From assembly GCA_016926375.1 (NCBI GenBank), contig JAFGOR010000289.1:1-62999 (forward strand): a stretch of 62,999 nucleotides of DNA. The letters are read 5' to 3'. Each line of letters begins with the position of its first letter. Position 1 is the first letter of the stretch. This document shows, piece after piece, positions 30,085 through 38,227 of the stretch. The notes beneath the pieces were generated by a model, which saw nothing but the letters and a program-made list of their open reading frames with translations, did not search any database and was not told the origin of the DNA. The DNA is from Bacteroidales bacterium (GTDB lineage Bacteria > Bacteroidota > Bacteroidia > Bacteroidales > UBA10428). The translations under genes and the position numbers were made by a program.

Positions 30085-30112
30085 CTCCCGGACACCATAA
30101 GGCATCCGGGAG
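30085..30112. terminator. Stem-loop terminator between the convergent M1 peptidase and rpmH genes
   Basis: CTCCCGGA (30085-30092) pairs with TCCGGGAG (30105-30112), an 8-bp GC-rich stem with a 12-nt loop. It begins 3 nt after the peptidase stop codon. Confidence 0.65.
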
Positions 30113-30140
30113 TCTTTCTCTGAGTTAAAAACCAGAAAGC

Positions 30141-30296
30141 TTATTTGCTGGCTATTTCATCAGAAACGGTAAGTCTCTTTCTTCCTTTTGCCCTGCGGCT
30201 TGATAAAACCTTGCGGCCATTGGCTGTTGACATTCTTTCCCTGAAACCGTGTTTATTGCGTCTTTTCCTGTTGGAAGGCTGGTATGTTCTTTTCAT
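30141..30296 (-). CDS. rpmH: 50S ribosomal protein L34
   Basis: Hand translation of the minus strand gives [51 protein letters not shown] (51 aa). This is the canonical L34 sequence. The gene is below the 60-aa cutoff of the ORF track. Confidence 0.95.
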   Translation of the reverse strand: MKRTYQPSNRKRRNKHGFRERMSTANGRKVLSSRRAKGRKRLTVSDEIASK

Positions 30297-30334
30297 GCTG
30301 ATGCTTTTTTAAATATTCCTTTAAAACCGGAATG

Positions 30335-30342
30335 CAAAGGTA
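30335..30342 (-). promoter_or_regulatory. Candidate -7 promoter box (TAnnTTTG) for rpmH
   Basis: The minus strand reads TACCTTTG, 39 nt upstream of the rpmH ATG at 30296. Confidence 0.45.
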
Positions 30343-30440
30343 ATACTTTTATCTTTTCAGACAAATTTTTTTAAATTAATCCTTATGATTTCGGAGCTGT
30401 TTTCATTCCGGCGGAACAGGCTAAACCTCCTGTGGCCCTT

Positions 30441-31112
30441 TCAGGTCTTTCTTTTCCTGCCTCTGAGTATTTCTCTTTTCCCCGGTGGACCGGGCAACTT
30501 TTCGATATCGAAACCCGCCTGGCGCAACATGCTTTTAACTTCACCCTTAACACAGTATGTTACCAAAATGCCTCCGGGGTTCATTTTTTCAAACAGGGTC
30601 CGGAATATATCCGGGCTCCACATTTCAGCCTGTTTATCCGGAGCAAAAGCATCGTAGTAAAGCAGGTCAAATGTAAAATCAGGACGGTATCCTATCAGGC
30701 TGGCGTGGATTTTGTGCAAACTAAAATCCGGGTGAATTTTTACGGTTTTGTTCCACGGAGCCTGATGAATTGAAGTAAACAATTCGCCGGGTTTCAGGTT
30801 CCCGGAAAGCAGATTGCCGTAATTTAACTTTTTTGTCAATTCCGCTTCCAGCGGATCCGACTCAATGGTGTAATAGGTTGTGTGCACCCCTTTCTCAACA
30901 GCTGAGAGGCATGTCAGCAGTGTATTCAGTCCGGTTCCAAAGCCCACTTCAAAAACACGCACCTCCTGCTTTCCGGCTAACGACTCAAAACCGGCTTGCA
31001 AATATACATGCATGGATTCGGTTAATGCCCCGAAAGTGGAGTGATAATGCTCGTTCAGCCGGGGTACAAAAAGAGTGTGAGAGCCATCAGAGGTGGTAAT
31101 CAATTGCATCAT
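30441..31112 (-). CDS. mnmD: tRNA (mnm5s2U34) methyltransferase, MnmD (MnmC methyltransferase-domain homolog)
   Basis: Track ORF is 30441..31145, starting at TTG. The ATG at 31112 gives MMQLITTSDGSHTLFVP..., the typical family N-terminus. The SAM motif VFEVGFGTGLN and the later YYDAFAP are present. Confidence 0.8.
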   Translation of the reverse strand: MMQLITTSDGSHTLFVPRLNEHYHSTFGALTESMHVYLQAGFESLAGKQEVRVFEVGFGTGLNTLLTCLSAVEKGVHTTYYTIESDPLEAELTKKLNYGNLLSGNLKPGELFTSIHQAPWNKTVKIHPDFSLHKIHASLIGYRPDFTFDLLYYDAFAPDKQAEMWSPDIFRTLFEKMNPGGILVTYCVKGEVKSMLRQAGFDIEKLPGPPGKREILRGRKRKT

Positions 31113-31142
31113 TAATTTCGGTACAAAACAGTAATTTTCCGG

Positions 31143-31150
31143 CAAATTTA
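31143..31150 (-). promoter_or_regulatory. Candidate -7 promoter box (TAnnTTTG) for mnmD
   Basis: The minus strand reads TAAATTTG, 31 nt upstream of the ATG at 31112. This supports the shorter start. Confidence 0.4.
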
Positions 31151-31170
31151 AGGAATATCATGAAGAATAA

Positions 31171-31303
31171 CTATTGGCTGTTGGCTGTTTGCCATTGGCC
31201 ATTGGCTGTTAGCCATTGGCTCTTGGCTCTTGGCTCTTGGCTCTTAGCTCTTGGCTCTTGGCTCGAAGCTCAAAGCTCAAAGCTCAAAGCTCAAAGCTAA
31301 CGG
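31171..31303. repeat. Tandem heptanucleotide array of 19 units (CTNNNNG/CTCNNAG family) in a divergent promoter region
   Basis: Strict 7-nt register: CTATTGG, CTGTTGG, CTGTTTG, CCATTGG x2, CTGTTAG, CCATTGG, CTCTTGG x3, CTCTTAG, CTCTTGG x2, CTCGAAG, CTCAAAG x4, CTAACGG. The CTCGAAG unit is shared with the array at 134-175. Confidence 0.9.
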
Positions 31304-31337
31304 CTAATACAAATACCTATAAATACCATAATTTTTA

Positions 31338-31345
31338 TACCTTTG
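31338..31345 (+). promoter_or_regulatory. Candidate -7 promoter box (TAnnTTTG) for the DUF1573 gene
   Basis: TACCTTTG, 24 nt upstream of the ATG at 31370 and 35 nt downstream of the heptamer array. Confidence 0.4.
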
Positions 31346-31369
31346 GATTTGGCATTAAATACGACCTGC

Positions 31370-32476
31370 ATGAAAATAAGAATAATCAGTTTCATCCTGG
31401 TGCTTGCATTGACGGCACCCATACTCAGGGGTCAAAAGAATACCCCCCTGATTACCTTTACTGAAAAGGAGCATAATTTTGGCACCATGAAAGAAGATAA
31501 CGGGGTGTTATCGCACGATTTCCAGTTTACAAATGAAGGCAAAACCCCGCTGATAATCAATGAAGTTAAAGCCTCCTGTGGCTGTACCGTTCCCGAATGG
31601 CCACGCGAGCCCATTTTACCGGGCAAAACAGGTTCCATCAGGGTGAACTTTGACCCGAAAAAACAATCAGGTGCCTTCAACAAAACGATACAGGTATTAA
31701 GCAATGCTTCCGCTCCCCAGGTTGTCATTTCGGTCAGGGGAGTTGTAATACCGGTTGCCACTGACGCGGATATCTATAAATATGCCATTGGGGATATCCG
31801 CATCGAAAACATATATGTGGCATTCGGAGAAATACCAAAAGGAAAAACAAAAACACAAACCCTGAGGGTTATCAATACCTCAGGTGATAACCCTGCAACA
31901 CTTACATTCAAAACCCTGCCTCCCTATCTTAAATACGCCTGTGTTCCTGAGGTTATCGGACCAAAGCAGGAAGGAAGCATAAAGATTGAATACCTTACAG
32001 AAAACATGAATCAATGGGATTATGTGGTAGACCGGCTGGATCTGATTATCAACGGTCAGGTATTTCCAAAAAACAGGATCAACATCACCGCCAACATCAA
32101 AGAGGATTTTTCGGCATATACAGCTGAGGATATGGCCAAAGCCCCGGTTGTAAAGTTTGACAAGCACGAATTCAATTTTGGAAGCATTCCCGGTAAAGCC
32201 CCGGTGGATCACTCGTTCAAGCTCATCAATGAAGGAAAGTCTGATCTGTTAATCAGAAAAGTAACTGCAAGTTGTGGTTGCACTGCTGTACAACCTGCAA
32301 AAACAGTGATACCTCCCGGTGACACCGCTTTGATCAAAGTTCAGTTCAACCCTGCGGGTCGCGAAGGAAATCAGAAAAAAGCGGTCACAATAATTACCAA
32401 CGACCCCAAGCGTTCCAAATCAATTCTTTGGATTCAGGCAGAAATACAGAGGGCTTCAGTTAAAACCAACCAATAA
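31370..32476 (+). CDS. DUF1573 repeat protein
   Basis: Track ORF is 31343..32476. The ATG at 31370 gives a signal peptide (MKIRIISFILVLALTAPILRG). Two clear DUF1573 modules are present, each with the ASCGCT motif (HNFGTMKE...VKASCGCTVPEW; FNFGSIPG...VTASCGCTAVQP). Confidence 0.85.
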   Translation: MKIRIISFILVLALTAPILRGQKNTPLITFTEKEHNFGTMKEDNGVLSHDFQFTNEGKTPLIINEVKASCGCTVPEWPREPILPGKTGSIRVNFDPKKQSGAFNKTIQVLSNASAPQVVISVRGVVIPVATDADIYKYAIGDIRIENIYVAFGEIPKGKTKTQTLRVINTSGDNPATLTFKTLPPYLKYACVPEVIGPKQEGSIKIEYLTENMNQWDYVVDRLDLIINGQVFPKNRINITANIKEDFSAYTAEDMAKAPVVKFDKHEFNFGSIPGKAPVDHSFKLINEGKSDLLIRKVTASCGCTAVQPAKTVIPPGDTALIKVQFNPAGREGNQKKAVTIITNDPKRSKSILWIQAEIQRASVKTNQ

Positions 32477-32494
32477 ACCCAACCTGTAAGCCTG

Positions 32495-33610
32495 ATGAAA
32501 GGCCCTTCAAATAGCAGTGCACTCAGTGTCAGTAATGGTGTGGAGCGTCCGCCTGAAATCAGCGAGGAGTCAATCCGTATTCACAAAGAAAAACGCCGCA
32601 AATTACCTTCATCTGATGAGTTTCTCAGGGGCATCCGGGCGGGCAACCGCACGCTGCTCAGTCAGGCCATTACACTAACCGAAAGCTCCCTGCCCTCCCA
32701 CATGGAGCTGGCACAGGAAATCATTGAAAACTGCCTTCCCTTTTCAGGTCAGTCCATCAGAGTTGGTATCACCGGTGTGCCCGGTGTTGGCAAGAGTACT
32801 TTTATTGAAGCACTGGGCATGGATCTGATTCGTAACCACCGGCGGTTGGCCGTGCTCGCCATTGACCCGAGCAGTGAACGCTCCAAGGGAAGCATACTGG
32901 GTGATAAAACCAGGATGGAGCAGTTGTCGGCCGAATCCGGCGCCTTTATCAGGCCATCTCCCTCGGCGGGCTCACTTGGCGGCGTGGCCAGGAAGACCCG
33001 GGAGAACATCATACTTTGCGAAGCGGCAGGTTTTGACACCATATTCATTGAAACAGTGGGTGTAGGGCAAAGTGAAACTGCCGTTCATTCCATGGTTGAT
33101 TTTTTTCTGCTTCTGATGCTGGCCGGTGCCGGTGATGAATTGCAGGGCATCAAAAGAGGAATAATGGAAATGGCTGATGCCATAGCCATAACCAAGGCCG
33201 ACCGTGAAAACGTGGCACGCGCTGAAAGAGCCAGGTCCGAATTCACCAACGCGCTTCATCTGTTTCCGCCCACTGACTCAGGCTGGACACCCAGGGTGAT
33301 GACCTGTTCATCAAAAACAAACACCGGCGTTTCAGGGGTGTGGGACACCGTATTGGAATATATGGCCCTGACACATCACAACGGGTACTTTCAGAAAAAA
33401 AGGCTGGAGCAATCGAGATACTGGATGTATGAAACCATTAACCAGAACCTGAAAGACAGCTTTTATAACGACCGCAGGATTCAAAGGCTGTTGCAGAATT
33501 ATGAATCCAGAGTTCTTAAGGGTGAAACCACTCCGTTCACACCGGCAAAAGTTTTGCTGGAGAAGTTCTTCAGACGGCGTTGGATCAAACTCACCTATGG
33601 AAAGCGCTGA
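32495..33610 (+). CDS. meaB: Methylmalonyl-CoA mutase-associated G-protein chaperone MeaB/ArgK
   Basis: P-loop GITGVPGVGKSTFIEALG, plus VLAIDPSS, ETVGVGQSE and the NKADR-like ITKADRE motif. Confidence 0.9.
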   Translation: MKGPSNSSALSVSNGVERPPEISEESIRIHKEKRRKLPSSDEFLRGIRAGNRTLLSQAITLTESSLPSHMELAQEIIENCLPFSGQSIRVGITGVPGVGKSTFIEALGMDLIRNHRRLAVLAIDPSSERSKGSILGDKTRMEQLSAESGAFIRPSPSAGSLGGVARKTRENIILCEAAGFDTIFIETVGVGQSETAVHSMVDFFLLLMLAGAGDELQGIKRGIMEMADAIAITKADRENVARAERARSEFTNALHLFPPTDSGWTPRVMTCSSKTNTGVSGVWDTVLEYMALTHHNGYFQKKRLEQSRYWMYETINQNLKDSFYNDRRIQRLLQNYESRVLKGETTPFTPAKVLLEKFFRRRWIKLTYGKR

Positions 33611-33692
33611 AAACAAAGACAAATAGCACCAGAATTGAACAAAAGCAACTTTATTTTGCTTATAAAAATAGAACCACATATTTAAAAAATTA

Positions 33693-35099
33693 ATGTCAGC
33701 ACCTATGAACAGTTATGACTTGATCGTAATCGGCAGCGGACCAGGCGGATACGTTGCAGCAATTCGTGCCGCTCAGCTGGGAATGAAAACAGCTGTTGTT
33801 GAAAAAGCAGAAATCGGGGGCATTTGCCTTAACTGGGGATGTATACCTACCAAAGCACTGCTTAAGAGCGCCCAGGTTTTCAATTATATTAAACATGCAG
33901 GAGATTACGGGGTCATGCTGGAATCCGAAGCCCGGCCCGACCTGAAAAAGATGGTTGAACGCAGCCGTGCTGTAGCAGATGGCATGAGTAAGGGTGTTCA
34001 GTTTCTGTTCAAGAAAAATAAAATAGATCTCATTTCCGGGTATGGCAGGATGATGGATAATCAAACCATATCGGTAACAGACAAGGATGGTAAAGAGAAT
34101 AAGTTTACTGCCAAAAACATCATCCTGGCCACGGGAGCGCGTTCAAGAGAGCTCCCTGCACTGAAACAGGACGGCAAAAAGGTTATTGGTTACCGTGAAG
34201 CGATGACGTTGCAAAATCAACCCAAAAGCATGATTGTTGTAGGCTCCGGAGCCATTGGCAGTGAATTTGCCCATTTCTACCACTCCATTGGCACCAAAGT
34301 AACCCTGGTTGAATTCATGCCCGCCCTGGTGCCACTGGAAGATGAAGAAGTATCCAAACAACTCGAAAGGTCCTTCAAAAAGGCAGGCATGGAAGTAATG
34401 ACTTCCTCCTCGGTGGAATCAGTTGATACCAAAGGTAAAATTTGTGACGTCACAATAAAAACGCCCAAAGGTATGGAAACGCGGCAGTCCGATGTGGTGC
34501 TTTCAGCCGTTGGGATTACGCCCAACCTGGAAGATATTGGTCTTGAAAAGCTCGGCATTGCAACAGAAAAAGGAAGGATTCAGGTTGATGAGTTTTATGC
34601 AACCAACGTCAGGGGTGTTTATGCCATAGGTGATATAGTTGCCGGACCAGCCCTGGCACATGTTGCTTCAGCCGAAGCCATCACCTGTGTGGAAAAAATC
34701 GCCGGAAAGAATCCGGAGCCGGTGGACTACAGGAATATTCCGGGATGCACCTATACCACCCCCGAAATTGCTTCGGTAGGTTATTCCGAGAAGGCTGCAA
34801 AAGAAGCCGGATACGAGATTAAGGTGGGTAAATTCCCCTATACGGCGTCGGGCAAGGCAAGTGCAGGTGGAAACAAAGACGGATTTGTGAAGTTGATTTT
34901 CGATGCCCGGTATGGTGAGCTTCTGGGTGCGCACCTGATTGGTGACCATGTTACGGAGTTGATTGCTGAGCTGGTTATGGCCCGAAAGCTCGAAACCACA
35001 GGCCATGAAATCATCAAAGCAGTGCATCCGCACCCAACCATGTCAGAAGCCATTATGGAAGCAGCCGCTGCGGCATATGGTGAAGTGATCCATATATAA
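33693..35099 (+). CDS. lpdA: Dihydrolipoyl dehydrogenase (E3)
   Basis: FAD motif VIGSGPGGYVAA, redox-active disulfide GGICLNWGCIPTKALL, NAD motif VVGSGAIGSEFA, and the C-terminal HPHPTMSE dimerisation motif. Confidence 0.95.
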   Translation: MSAPMNSYDLIVIGSGPGGYVAAIRAAQLGMKTAVVEKAEIGGICLNWGCIPTKALLKSAQVFNYIKHAGDYGVMLESEARPDLKKMVERSRAVADGMSKGVQFLFKKNKIDLISGYGRMMDNQTISVTDKDGKENKFTAKNIILATGARSRELPALKQDGKKVIGYREAMTLQNQPKSMIVVGSGAIGSEFAHFYHSIGTKVTLVEFMPALVPLEDEEVSKQLERSFKKAGMEVMTSSSVESVDTKGKICDVTIKTPKGMETRQSDVVLSAVGITPNLEDIGLEKLGIATEKGRIQVDEFYATNVRGVYAIGDIVAGPALAHVASAEAITCVEKIAGKNPEPVDYRNIPGCTYTTPEIASVGYSEKAAKEAGYEIKVGKFPYTASGKASAGGNKDGFVKLIFDARYGELLGAHLIGDHVTELIAELVMARKLETTGHEIIKAVHPHPTMSEAIMEAAAAAYGEVIHI

Positions 35100-35115
35100 C
35101 AAGGAAATATTGGCG

Positions 35116-35484
35116 TTATCTGGCCGGATTCCCTGTGCTGTCGAGACCAATTTCAACCAGGTCTTCTTTTTTCAGTGCAGGGAGTTCTTTTTTAATCATT
35201 CTTTCTTTAACCATGCGACCGGCTCTTGAGGCAGTTCTCTTGTCGGGGAAAGCTTTCTTGCCATGAATAACCGGAATAAAAGGCTGATCAATGATCACCT
35301 TGTCTTTTGCTAAAATCTGGTAGCCCCACCCTGCATCAACCTGATAGGTTCGTACCTTTAAAAGATGCGCGGGGGTCAGATGCCTGTATACGTTAAAAGC
35401 GACAAAGACAGCAAGAAGCATAAAAAAAAGCGGATAAAAAATCCGCTTTTTCAATTTATCAGTCATTTTCATCTGCTTCATCAT
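35116..35484 (-). CDS. DUF4907-like small membrane-anchored protein
   Basis: 122 aa with an N-terminal TM/signal anchor. The segment YQVDAGWGYQILAKDKVIIDQPFIP resembles DUF4907 as I recall it. It overlaps the 3' end of the upstream Kelch gene by 8-26 nt, depending on the start chosen. Confidence 0.55.
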   Translation of the reverse strand: MMKQMKMTDKLKKRIFYPLFFMLLAVFVAFNVYRHLTPAHLLKVRTYQVDAGWGYQILAKDKVIIDQPFIPVIHGKKAFPDKRTASRAGRMVKERMIKKELPALKKEDLVEIGLDSTGNPAR

Positions 35485-36508
35485 TCGGTTTGAATTCCCA
35501 CATATCGTCGAAATCTGTGGTACTGGCCGAACCCGTGGTTACAAAAGCCCTGTCGCCAATTGTGAATGAAACTGCTTCAGTCCGGCTATTGCCTTCAAAA
35601 TTGGCTTTTTCAATCCACAGGTCTGTGGCCGGGTCATATTCCCATACATCCTTTTTCAGGTTACTCCCAACATCACCGGTAGTAATGTAGGCTTTGGAAC
35701 CCATCACAAAAGCAACAGCCTTTCTGCGTATGATGGTGGCGTAATCGTCATCGTAAGATTCATCGGAAACATTACCGGTGGGTCTTTTGGCTTCCCATGT
35801 GTTGGTTTCGGGACTGTAGGCATAAAAATCCTTATTGTAGTCGTTATGAAATCCCGTGCAGATGTATCCTTTGCCGTCAAGTACAAAAGCAACTGCTTCC
35901 GATACCTTCGACTGGAAGCTGGTTTTTAATGTCCAGGAGTTGGCTGCAGGATCAAAAGCCCAAAGGTCTTTCAGGTTACTGCCGTTATTACCGGTGCCTA
36001 CATATCCGATATTGTTGATGACAAATGCCACAGCGCCATACCGGGCATCAGGGCCCTGGTTAACCGTGTTAAGTGTATCCCAGGTATTGTTATCAGGATT
36101 ATACACCCAAAAATCACCGAGCATCCTGGTTTCATCTTTTCCCAAACCCACATATCCCTTACCATTAACAGAAAAAGCAACCGCACCCGATCTTGCCGTT
36201 GCATTTCCAACTGCATTTACACCTTCATCCAGTGAGGCAACCTGCTTCCAGTTATCCAACTCAGGATCATACTGCCAGAAATCCTTCAACCGCTCATCGT
36301 TGTCGAAATTGTAACCCGATCCTACATAACCAAAATTGCCAATGGAAAATGCCACTGCCTGAGACCTGGCAGCACCTTCATAATCAGATCGTTTTAACCA
36401 GTTACCCACAAGGGTTTCTTCATCGTCATCATCCTTGCATGAGATCACTACTGAAACCAGTGCCAGTGCAAACATTCCAAGAAGTAAAAAATTTTTTGAT
36501 ATTTTCAT
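35459..36508 (-). CDS. Kelch-repeat beta-propeller lipoprotein (six blades)
   Basis: Lipobox (VVISC) followed by KDDDDEE. Six repeats carry the D(F/L/V/M)W.(Y/F).P....W signature: DFWQYDPELDNW, DFWVYNPDNNTW, DLWAFDPAANSW, DFYAYSPETNTW, DVWEYDPATDLW, DMWEFKP. Confidence 0.8.
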   Translation of the reverse strand: MKISKNFLLLGMFALALVSVVISCKDDDDEETLVGNWLKRSDYEGAARSQAVAFSIGNFGYVGSGYNFDNDERLKDFWQYDPELDNWKQVASLDEGVNAVGNATARSGAVAFSVNGKGYVGLGKDETRMLGDFWVYNPDNNTWDTLNTVNQGPDARYGAVAFVINNIGYVGTGNNGSNLKDLWAFDPAANSWTLKTSFQSKVSEAVAFVLDGKGYICTGFHNDYNKDFYAYSPETNTWEAKRPTGNVSDESYDDDYATIIRRKAVAFVMGSKAYITTGDVGSNLKKDVWEYDPATDLWIEKANFEGNSRTEAVSFTIGDRAFVTTGSASTTDFDDMWEFKPNDEADEND

Positions 36509-36879
36509 TTTAATAATTTTTGCTTGTGAAAATTAAATCCGCGATGAATATAAACGCTTTTTTTAAGAAATTATGCTTTTGAATTTTAGAATTAATATTT
36601 TTTAACTTTTAAACCAATACAGCAAAGATAAAGAGGTGCAAAAGGTTAAATAATCCTAATTCTTTGTTTATTTGGATGACAAAGATGAAATAATCTTTTT
36701 TATCTACCAATAAAAATTACATTTGTTTCTCTTATTTTTGTGGACTTTTTAATAGCGATTGCTTTGTAACATACTGACTGTATTTGCACAAAGACGTTCT
36801 CGTTTTTAATAACAATGCTTTAAATTGAATAATAGTTGTTACTAAATGGTTGCAGTTTTGATATTAACATAAAGATTTC

Positions 36880-38217
36880 ATGATTAGGTATTTTTTATTT
36901 TCAGTTTTGTTGCTGCTTTTGTTTTCATGCAGCAAAGAGGAAATGAGCTTTGAAATAGGTAACAGGTACCTGGATTCAAAAACCAACATCAGGTTTTTCG
37001 ATACACTCACCATTCACAGCTCTACGGTAATGATGGATTCTATTCAGACTTCCGGCCTTGATGTACCGGCTGTTGTTGTGGGAAGCTACTATGATCCCGA
37101 ATTCGGACGCATTTCCGCCAACGGCTATTTCAGGGTATCTCTGCCTTCCGTTAAGAATTTGCCAAGAGGAGCTGTATATGACTCCATTAAGCTTTTCCTG
37201 GTCTATAATGATTATTATGCAGGTGATACCCTGAAAGACATGACCATCAACGTCCACCGGTTAAAAGACAAGATCAATGCCGATGAATACAGCAGCCAGT
37301 TTCTGTACAATAAATCATCTCTCGGCTTTTACCCTGAAATAATGGGTTCGCTGACATTTAAACCACGCCCCCTCAAAACTGATACAGTTTGGATTGGCCT
37401 GAGTAATGAATTCGGACAGGAACTCTTCAATCTTTTGGAAGATAAAGAAATACAGGTTGAAGACAATGCCAATTTTTTAAACTACCTGAAAGGATTCAGA
37501 CTTTCCGCTAACAATACCGATGAGGCCATTATCGGCTTTAAATATCCTGCTGAAAATACCAGTTCCGGAGATGCTAAAAATCCGGCTCTCAGGTTGTACT
37601 ATCATTATACTCAATTTGAATACAAGAATGCTTATCTGGATTTTAATATCGGAACTTTTGATGCAAGCCAGTTCAACCAGTTCCTGATTGATGATGAGGC
37701 TGTCAGCTTCCCCGAACAGCAAGCTGAAAAAGTTCCCGCCAGCCAATACGAAGGTAAATCATACGTGATGGCCGGTCTGGGTGTGGTAACCCGGTTTGAA
37801 ATTCCGTATCTGAAAAACCTGAACAGCTTACATGAAAATGTTAAAATCATAAATGCAGTACTTCAAATTGAACCCTTAAGAAATACCTATAAACAATTCG
37901 GACTTCCGGAACAAATCTGTCTTTACACTTCTGATGGCAGAAACCGCTTTATGAGTGCTATTACAAACAGCAAAGGTATTACCCAATATGCCAATCTGAC
38001 AATTGATTATGTTGATCAGATTGAGACCTGGTATACCTTTGATGTTACCAGCTTTCTGCAGTCGGGGCTTAAAGATAATTCTGACGAAACGCCCTCATTA
38101 CTGCTTACCATACCTCCGGATAATTTGTATAAAACAGTTGACAGGCTTGTACTGGGAAGCCAGATGAACAGCACCAACAAGGTAACATTAAAGGTTTATT
38201 ACATGATCTATGAGTAA
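36880..38217 (+). CDS. DUF4270-like lipoprotein
   Basis: 445 aa with a lipobox (LLFSC). The N-terminal pattern (FDTLTIHSSTVMMDSIQTSG) and the length resemble DUF4270 as I recall it. Confidence 0.55.
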   Translation: MIRYFLFSVLLLLLFSCSKEEMSFEIGNRYLDSKTNIRFFDTLTIHSSTVMMDSIQTSGLDVPAVVVGSYYDPEFGRISANGYFRVSLPSVKNLPRGAVYDSIKLFLVYNDYYAGDTLKDMTINVHRLKDKINADEYSSQFLYNKSSLGFYPEIMGSLTFKPRPLKTDTVWIGLSNEFGQELFNLLEDKEIQVEDNANFLNYLKGFRLSANNTDEAIIGFKYPAENTSSGDAKNPALRLYYHYTQFEYKNAYLDFNIGTFDASQFNQFLIDDEAVSFPEQQAEKVPASQYEGKSYVMAGLGVVTRFEIPYLKNLNSLHENVKIINAVLQIEPLRNTYKQFGLPEQICLYTSDGRNRFMSAITNSKGITQYANLTIDYVDQIETWYTFDVTSFLQSGLKDNSDETPSLLLTIPPDNLYKTVDRLVLGSQMNSTNKVTLKVYYMIYE

Positions 38218-38227
38218 AATTTCCACT

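Noticed and set aside
31216-31464. 82-aa ORF (MALGSWLLALSSWLLARSSKLKAQSSKL...)
   Set aside because: It is an artefact of reading through the heptanucleotide array, because a 7-nt period produces a 7-aa periodic peptide. It also overlaps the real DUF1573 start.
14498-33610. PduO-type adenosyltransferase (14498-15046) and MeaB (32495-33610) considered as a possible B12/methylmalonyl-CoA mutase cluster
   Set aside because: The two genes are 17 kb apart and separated by unrelated housekeeping genes. No mutase, epimerase or cobalamin riboswitch is visible nearby.
36509-36879. AT-rich 371-bp intergenic region considered as a possible oriC, given that dnaN is in the window
   Set aside because: Only three degenerate DnaA-box-like 9-mers were found (TTATCTACC, TTTGGATGA, TGTGGACTT; 6-7/9 matches). 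There are no exact TTATCCACA boxes and the region is 25 kb from dnaN. It is more simply a divergent promoter region.
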